Below, one piece after another: positions 47,321-53,137 of a stretch of DNA of 53,137 nt. The stretch is from a virus (Duplodnaviria > Caudoviricetes): IMG/VR virus record IMGVR_UViG_3300043443_000196, positions 1 to 53,137 of that record. The stretch is one strand, 5' to 3'. Both the position numbers and the translations under genes were made by a program. The number at the start of each line of letters is the position of its first letter. Position 1 is the stretch's first letter. The notes under the pieces are model-generated. The model saw only the letters and a program-made list of their open reading frames with translations. It made no database searches and was not told where the DNA came from.

Positions 47321-48013
47321 TTACGCTATAGTTACTGTCCAGAAAATCTCAAGCGATTGAGTCGAAAGTTTATCGACTGGAGTGAATGTTGTTCTACACA
47401 TCATTATACCATCACTCGTGAATAACCCAGCTTCAGTTAGTGGCGTTCCAGGGGTATTCGTTCCAACTCCAGCCTCAAACAAAGCGATATAAACCACAGA
47501 AGAATCTCCATCTTCAAGAGAAGTTTCGACTGAATATAAGTTCGCTTCGCCCTTTTGGACGTATAATCCAGTGTCAGCCAGGGATGGGGTGGTTGGACCT
47601 TCCCCAATCGCCATTTTAGTTATAATTCCGTTATTTAATGACGATATTGTTCCATTGACGCCAGCGTCTCCGGTTGCATTGTGAGACACGGTTACTGCAG
47701 AAGTTGTGCATGACAAAACCCTAAACAACCCATTATACGTGTTCGTTCCCATTCCAACAACTTTTATTTTTTGACCAACATAATATGGAGTAGTTGACCT
47801 GATGGAGAAATTATAGGTTACCTGGGTTCCGTTTCCGGAAGCCGATGTTATATTGATTGCTGGCGTTGCGTCAGCAAACAATCTAGAAGCGATTAGTTTT
47901 TTACCATTGTAAACAACAAGGTTCTTAAAATCGTGTTCTTCTATTAGGTTTTTGTTCTCGTCATATTTTTTAATTTTAAGACGACCTTTTACATTTATTG
48001 TATCGGAAAACAC
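47321..48013 (-). CDS. Putative baseplate/tail-collar protein
   Basis: G.L.I, NLVV..GK..IA.RL, MAIG.G, TEAGLF and M..RT.F....K.......I.WT pattern, with a central beta insertion. Confidence 0.65.
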   Translation of the reverse strand: MFSDTINVKGRLKIKKYDENKNLIEEHDFKNLVVYNGKKLIASRLFADATPAINITSASGNGTQVTYNFSIRSTTPYYVGQKIKVVGMGTNTYNGLFRVLSCTTSAVTVSHNATGDAGVNGTISSLNNGIITKMAIGEGPTTPSLADTGLYVQKGEANLYSVETSLEDGDSSVVYIALFEAGVGTNTPGTPLTEAGLFTSDGIMMCRTTFTPVDKLSTQSLEIFWTVTIA

Positions 48014-48017
48014 TTAA

Positions 48018-49676
48018 TTAACCTTTCTTCTTTAAACTACCTACTGCATACACCTTTACAGATTCTTCGGTAATTTGTGAAGTATACGCAAGATTATTTA
48101 ACACAGTCAAATAAACTGCAGTCGTTGAATTAGAATAATTATTAGTCGGCGAAGATTCCAAAGAATTTCCTTCAGGGAAAACACCTTCCGCTTTAACAAT
48201 AACTGAAGCTGTTCCATATAGATACCCCCAGTCGTCTTTCTGTAACACTGGATTATCCACTTCAACTAATTTTATCGTTGCCTCAGTATCAAATTTATCT
48301 TCGATGCTGTACTCGGAGAACATCTTCAATCCAGCTGGGTGAGCAAATGTTGTCAGCGCGTCTTTATACAGATTGATATCGTACTTGGATTTTAACTTAT
48401 ACGAGAAACTCTGATAGAATTCACCATCTTGAAGAACACTGTAATCTGAAGGTGCCCCAATTTTGTTTCTAAATTTTCCTGGATATTTTGAAATTGGTCC
48501 AACGGAACAATATAACAAACCATATATTTGTTCATCAGCATAAAAAGTCTGAACAAACTTATTCTGAGATTTATATTCCCCTATGTAGGCTGGAGCTACA
48601 TAAAATCTAATTGCATCAGGTGAATCGTTTAATACATAGTCTGAAACTAACAAATTCATTCGTTCTTCATAATTCGTTTGAGAATCATTTATACCAATAT
48701 TATAATCTGCATTAGTACTGGAACTCTCAAATGTAGAGCCAGCGTCTGCGAAAACACCCTCTGGCTCTACATTAACGTAGAAATTGTTTGAATAGTTTTT
48801 ACCAAACTGAATTAGTTTTATTGACTTTATCCCGCCATTGTTTGTTATAGAACTTATAACTGCGACTGCCCCAGACCCAACCGCTCCATCTAGTTTAATA
48901 ACTTGACCAATTCTAAAATTATTACCTCTGTTTAATATTCTTACAGATACCAAAGACGGTTGTATTGTGGCATCAAAATCATTCCCAAAAACGACGTCGC
49001 CAACTTTAACATCAATATAAATGTCTGTTTGGGTAAATATCTCAAAATAAACCGACAGCTCATCTTCATCAACTTTAGTTGTTATATCAACAACATCATC
49101 TACTTCTATTATTTGACTGATGTTTTTACTGTTTCTTATTGTTAGATAACTGCCAATAAAATTATCAGGAGTAATCGAATTGGGTTTTAGCATTACCTTT
49201 ATCGATCTCAGTTGTTCCCAATGGGCACTTGATGGGGTGAAAATTCTATCGGATGGATATTCTACCTCAACATCATCATTAAACAACACTCTGAATAAGA
49301 ATTTTATTGATTCTTCCGAACCCTTTGACGCATAGAATTCTTTTGCGTGTCTGATAAATTCTGGTTCAGATAGAAAATCAAATTTTGACGCATTATACGA
49401 AAATTCTTTTCTTATTCGTAATAAGAAATCGCCGCTGGTGAAATCAATATCTCTAATATCATCTATCTCACCATTTTCAGTTTTAGTGCTTATATAAGAA
49501 TAATACGTCTGGATGAATTCAATCATCCTAGGATAATCAGACTGTATGAACTCCGGGAACTGTTCTTGTACCCAATCTCTAACCGTTACGTCGTCATGAC
49601 GACGGCGAAGTATTTCTAATTTGCCTCGGCTGCCTATCGATGCTTTAGCAGTTGATCTTAGTTGTAAGAGTGACAT
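48018..49676 (-). CDS. 7: Baseplate wedge protein gp7-like
   Basis: Q.PEFI..DYP...EF...YY, FY.SKGSEES.KFLFR.LF, LQD..FYQ.FSY and HPAG.KMF; directly follows gp6. Confidence 0.75.
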   Translation of the reverse strand: MSLLQLRSTAKASIGSRGKLEILRRRHDDVTVRDWVQEQFPEFIQSDYPRMIEFIQTYYSYISTKTENGEIDDIRDIDFTSGDFLLRIRKEFSYNASKFDFLSEPEFIRHAKEFYASKGSEESIKFLFRVLFNDDVEVEYPSDRIFTPSSAHWEQLRSIKVMLKPNSITPDNFIGSYLTIRNSKNISQIIEVDDVVDITTKVDEDELSVYFEIFTQTDIYIDVKVGDVVFGNDFDATIQPSLVSVRILNRGNNFRIGQVIKLDGAVGSGAVAVISSITNNGGIKSIKLIQFGKNYSNNFYVNVEPEGVFADAGSTFESSSTNADYNIGINDSQTNYEERMNLLVSDYVLNDSPDAIRFYVAPAYIGEYKSQNKFVQTFYADEQIYGLLYCSVGPISKYPGKFRNKIGAPSDYSVLQDGEFYQSFSYKLKSKYDINLYKDALTTFAHPAGLKMFSEYSIEDKFDTEATIKLVEVDNPVLQKDDWGYLYGTASVIVKAEGVFPEGNSLESSPTNNYSNSTTAVYLTVLNNLAYTSQITEESVKVYAVGSLKKKG

Positions 49677-51508
49677 TATCTGCTAGACGAGAAATTATAG
49701 CTTGTATTTGTTGAACCAACAGTTTCAACGTTATCAATCAACATATTTATTTTAATTAAGTCTGCTGGTAATGATATGATGTACTGTCTAACTGGTATTA
49801 TGTCAAAAGAAAGAGGAGCTACGACGAATTCCAACATTTCATCGTATAGTCCCTTTATATTTATTTCTGTGATTGATACAGATCCAGTCTTATAATTTAT
49901 AGTTCCAACCTTCATTATATATTTGGCAACACCCTTTGTATCCTCGGAAAACAACAGAACGTTGCCACGACCATCGTCTTTCAAATAGCACCTGTCGGTT
50001 ACAGTTGAACTATTTATATAAAAACGAGTTGATAGGAAAGAACCACCAGCCGGATTTTGATAAATTGGATTTCCTATTTTGACATCATATTTGTAATTCT
50101 TATTGTATTGAGGAATTACGTCCACCCGTAGTCTTATTGTCGTGATGTTACTTGTTATAGCGTCATCTGCAGCAGTTATCAGAGAATTGACTTTGGAATG
50201 TCTAAATGCGAATCCGAACTTACCAAGAGTTTCTGCGTATCTTTCTATGGATGACTTAACTATTGATTGTATTTCACCTGGAGTTCTTCTAGTTGTGTTT
50301 TTATTATAATACACATTAGACGTCAATTCAACTTTTATATATTTTGGATCAATTATCTCAGGAGTTATTGATACAACACCCTTCGAATTCTTAAGGAAAT
50401 TGACGATATCTATTTTTTGAGCTTCTGTTAGTGTGAATCCAGCTGAAGGTGCAATACTAATAAACACCTTACCATATATTGGTGGGTCATTTTCCTGACC
50501 ACCCCAAGCTGTTATAGCATCAATGTATGGATAATTGGAGTAGAGTATGTTTTTATAATCTTCAATAGTCACTGCTCTATTCTGTGTTGAGAATGCTCGT
50601 GGTGCGTTAAATCTGATCGAATCTATTTCTTCTAGATCAGAACCACCAGTTGCAGTTTCAACTGTCTCAACGACTATTGAACTGTAATCAAAACCAATGC
50701 CGGATGAGTAAGCGAATGAACCAGCGTAATTAGAATTAATACCAGAACTGAGAACATAGTTAAGGTGAACTACGTTACCAGCGCTAATATTTTTACCTAT
50801 AGTTCCATTACCGAAGTAAACTTCATAGTACAAATCTTCTCTTTGTCTAACGAAGAAAACATTACTGGAAGAATCAACCGTCAATACACTGTCAGCTTTA
50901 CCAAAACCAACGTAGTTGGAAGACGAAGCATTGTCCTGAACTTTAACAGTCAACGTTGACATGTCAGCTTGTTTGCTTGGTACGACGAACTCGACGCCTT
51001 CTTTATTAGTATAACGTTTGTTCATTAGAGTTCCCTCTATAAGAACAACATCGTTGAATCTGTATTTCCCGGAAGTTATCGTTCCTGATATATTCTGAGC
51101 TTGATAATCGCTATCAACAATAAAGTCAAATTCTTCAGTACCAACAGAACCCGTGAATATAGTACCTCTTGGGAGTATCAAAGAACTGTAAGATGCGTCC
51201 GTCTCGACAATAACATTTACCTTTGCTCTTGCACTGGTCACTGATCTTGCAGTGTATCCAAGGGTCTTAGCCAGAGAAACAACGCTCGAGTATTTCGTTG
51301 CGCTATCCAAGAACATCTCATTAACCGCCATGTTTGTGTACAGCGAGTTATAATGAGTGTTGTAAGCTAGAATATCCAATAGAATACTCATGGCTGATCC
51401 ATCAAAGTCATAGTCACTGAATTGACTTTGACCTCTCAGATATTCTTTTAAGTTTTCTTTGATCTCTTCGAAATCGAGAGCATCTGTTCTTATATTATTG
51501 TTGCTCAT
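49676..51508 (-). CDS. 6: Baseplate wedge protein gp6
   Basis: LDFE.IK.NLK.YL..Q..F.DYDF.GS...LLDILAYNT, FLDSA, QNRAVT..DY and YGKVFISI.P. Confidence 0.97.
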   Translation of the reverse strand: MSNNNIRTDALDFEEIKENLKEYLRGQSQFSDYDFDGSAMSILLDILAYNTHYNSLYTNMAVNEMFLDSATKYSSVVSLAKTLGYTARSVTSARAKVNVIVETDASYSSLILPRGTIFTGSVGTEEFDFIVDSDYQAQNISGTITSGKYRFNDVVLIEGTLMNKRYTNKEGVEFVVPSKQADMSTLTVKVQDNASSSNYVGFGKADSVLTVDSSSNVFFVRQREDLYYEVYFGNGTIGKNISAGNVVHLNYVLSSGINSNYAGSFAYSSGIGFDYSSIVVETVETATGGSDLEEIDSIRFNAPRAFSTQNRAVTIEDYKNILYSNYPYIDAITAWGGQENDPPIYGKVFISIAPSAGFTLTEAQKIDIVNFLKNSKGVVSITPEIIDPKYIKVELTSNVYYNKNTTRRTPGEIQSIVKSSIERYAETLGKFGFAFRHSKVNSLITAADDAITSNITTIRLRVDVIPQYNKNYKYDVKIGNPIYQNPAGGSFLSTRFYINSSTVTDRCYLKDDGRGNVLLFSEDTKGVAKYIMKVGTINYKTGSVSITEINIKGLYDEMLEFVVAPLSFDIIPVRQYIISLPADLIKINMLIDNVETVGSTNTSYNFSSSR

Positions 51509-51897
51509 CTAGTTCTCTTTAGAGTTACAGCGAGTTCTATCGGCTTTTCTGTATTTTTTATTTTGAATGTTATTGTTATCTCAACACTATTTCTGTCGTT
51601 CAACTCATTAACTGAAACATCAATAACATCAACTCTTGGCTCATAGTTATTTATTGTGTCAATAATACTTTGTTTTAGAATAATGTTAAAGTTGGGACCC
51701 ATATTTTCAAATAAGAGCCTTCCGACAGGAGATCCCAATCCAGATTGGAATGGTCGCTCAAAGTAATTCGTCAGTATCAATGAACGAACAGCAAACTTAA
51801 TAGCTTGCTCATCAGTTCTAATTGAAAGATCTCCTGTGACTGGATTCGGCATAAAGCTCGCATCAAAGTCAACAAATGTTCTTGGTTTTAGTGCCAT
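51505..51897 (-). CDS. 25: Baseplate wedge protein gp25
   Basis: D.D.SF..NPVT.D, AIK..VR.L.LT...ERPF...G and I.NYEPRV. Confidence 0.95.
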   Translation of the reverse strand: MALKPRTFVDFDASFMPNPVTGDLSIRTDEQAIKFAVRSLILTNYFERPFQSGLGSPVGRLLFENMGPNFNIILKQSIIDTINNYEPRVDVIDVSVNELNDRNSVEITITFKIKNTEKPIELAVTLKRTR

Positions 51898-51902
51898 TTA
51901 TT

Positions 51903-52190
51903 TTATCCGCTAAAAACGTCCGAAGATCCTTGAGCTATAACCGAACCACAAGCAACTGGGTCTCCTATTCTTGAACATTGTAAATTATTAACGTATACAG
52001 TCGATGAACCAGCACTCAATGCGCTGGCATGACATTGAGGATCGGAGTTACAATGAACTGCCCACCCATCGCTCTGTCTATGGACAGCGATACCATTAAC
52101 GAATACATTCGAAGAAGCAGATGTATTTGGTCGCGGTGGCCAATCACCATGACCAGTACAGTTTGCTCCGAGGTAAGAAACGCCTGGCAT
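51903..52190 (-). CDS. 5.4: PAAR-repeat spike tip protein gp5.4
   Basis: C.GH..WPP, S.NVF.NG, W..H, GS.TV.VN and R.GDPV.CGS.IA.GS metal-binding pattern. Confidence 0.95.
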   Translation of the reverse strand: MPGVSYLGANCTGHGDWPPRPNTSASSNVFVNGIAVHRQSDGWAVHCNSDPQCHASALSAGSSTVYVNNLQCSRIGDPVACGSVIAQGSSDVFSG

Positions 52191-52191
52191 A

Positions 52192-53137
52192 TTAAACTAG
52201 GACGAACCCACCCGATTTGATCACTTTATTCTTCGACGCATCCATTGTTAACACCTGCATTGAGTTATTGGTTTTCTTAAACGATATATGAATCCAAGTC
52301 GTCTCACCTTTGTATTCCAGTATTAACTGTTTATACGCAGGAACTAATTGTTGTATGTCTTGCGCTACCTCATAGTATTTATTGCGATCAAAACCAGTGA
52401 ACTGAATATCAGCTGCGCATCCTGTTAAGTGATCTGAAGTCTTGGAACCCTTAACTGCAATATTGTCAGCTTCAGATCTCCACGTGTTCGTTATGATCAT
52501 ATTTGGATACTTCTTGATAATCGGCTCAAGGCAGTTGACTGCCAATAAGCGCAGATTACAAACAATCTCTTTGTCACTCAAGCCATAGTTGACGCCAGAA
52601 GGAATCCCGCTTCTTCCGGTGCAAACTTTACCAAGAGTGAAGTTATCGGACAATCTAAACGATCTGTTGAATGGACTTCCATTTGCGATATCAGATCCGC
52701 ATTCAGTGCTAATAGGTTCAGCGATTTTCTCAGGCACTTCCGTCTCCTCAACTGGTTCTGTTGGAGTCTCTTGCTGTTCAATCGTTCCAGCTTTCACACC
52801 TTCATTGACGAAATCTTCAGGATCTCCTTCTTCCGGCGTCTCATAGTTTGCGTCGATCTCGCTAGAGCGCGATGGAGTGGTCAATCTACCAAAGCTAGGG
52901 ACACCAGTTGCTCCTTCTGTTGGAAGTGCTACGCCAGTTGCCTTTTGACTGTTCCAATATATCATCGACGCATCAACATGGAACTCACCACCAACGTGAA
53001 TCTGATAGTTGCCGCCAACTGCTTGCTTTAGATTTCCAGTGACATTCAGGTTGGCATTACCAAGAACCTGTATGTTTGAATCGTTCTGTATTCTTACGTT
53101 GGAGTTACCCTCAATGGTTACATTACATGTTCCTTTG
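52192..53137 (-). CDS. 5: Baseplate hub/spike gp5, C-terminal part: beta-helix repeats, linker and peptidase M15-type Zn cell-wall hydrolase (5' end outside the window)
   Basis: The frame is open upstream of the tracked Met to the window edge (KGTCNVTIEGNSNVRIQNDSNIQVLGNANLNVTGNLKQAVGGNYQIHVGG, 8-residue VxG repeats). C-terminal LS.NFTL, WRS...N, SDHLTGCAADI and WIHIS. Confidence 0.82.
   Translation of the reverse strand, partial: KGTCNVTIEGNSNVRIQNDSNIQVLGNANLNVTGNLKQAVGGNYQIHVGGEFHVDASMIYWNSQKATGVALPTEGATGVPSFGRLTTPSRSSEIDANYETPEEGDPEDFVNEGVKAGTIEQQETPTEPVEETEVPEKIAEPISTECGSDIANGSPFNRSFRLSDNFTLGKVCTGRSGIPSGVNYGLSDKEIVCNLRLLAVNCLEPIIKKYPNMIITNTWRSEADNIAVKGSKTSDHLTGCAADIQFTGFDRNKYYEVAQDIQQLVPAYKQLILEYKGETTWIHISFKKTNNSMQVLTMDASKNKVIKSGGFVLV

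Noticed and set aside
1-53137. Stop-codon recoding, introns, inteins, tRNAs, homing endonucleases
   Set aside because: Core genes are full length under the standard code and of normal size, intergenic gaps are very short, and no such motifs were seen.

Overview
This 53 kb window is the late (virion morphogenesis) region of a T4-like myophage, with essentially all genes on the minus strand. In transcription order (right to left) it begins with a gp5 C-terminal fragment fused to an M15 peptidase, PAAR, gp25, gp6, gp7-like, an expanded gp8 and a VrlC-like giant protein. A ~21 kb accessory fibre/appendage region follows, then gp13-14-15, gp17 (no gp16), gp18-19-20, gp67, gp21-22-23, a membrane protein, gp3, uvsY, uvsW, gp55, gp47 and the start of gp46. 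The synteny resembles environmental/cyanophage-type T4-likes. The most notable element is a tightly coupled late operon (about 16.9-28.5 kb). It encodes three paralogous Gly-X-Gln collagen fibre proteins, each with a self-cleaving S74-type chaperone, immediately followed by four 2OG-Fe(II) oxygenase domains, two GT2 glycosyltransferases, a SAM methyltransferase and a chimeric structural protein carrying a copy of the gp6 C-terminal domain. This looks like a phage-encoded collagen hydroxylation/glycosylation pathway. All family assignments come from motif recognition and synteny; no database searches were run.
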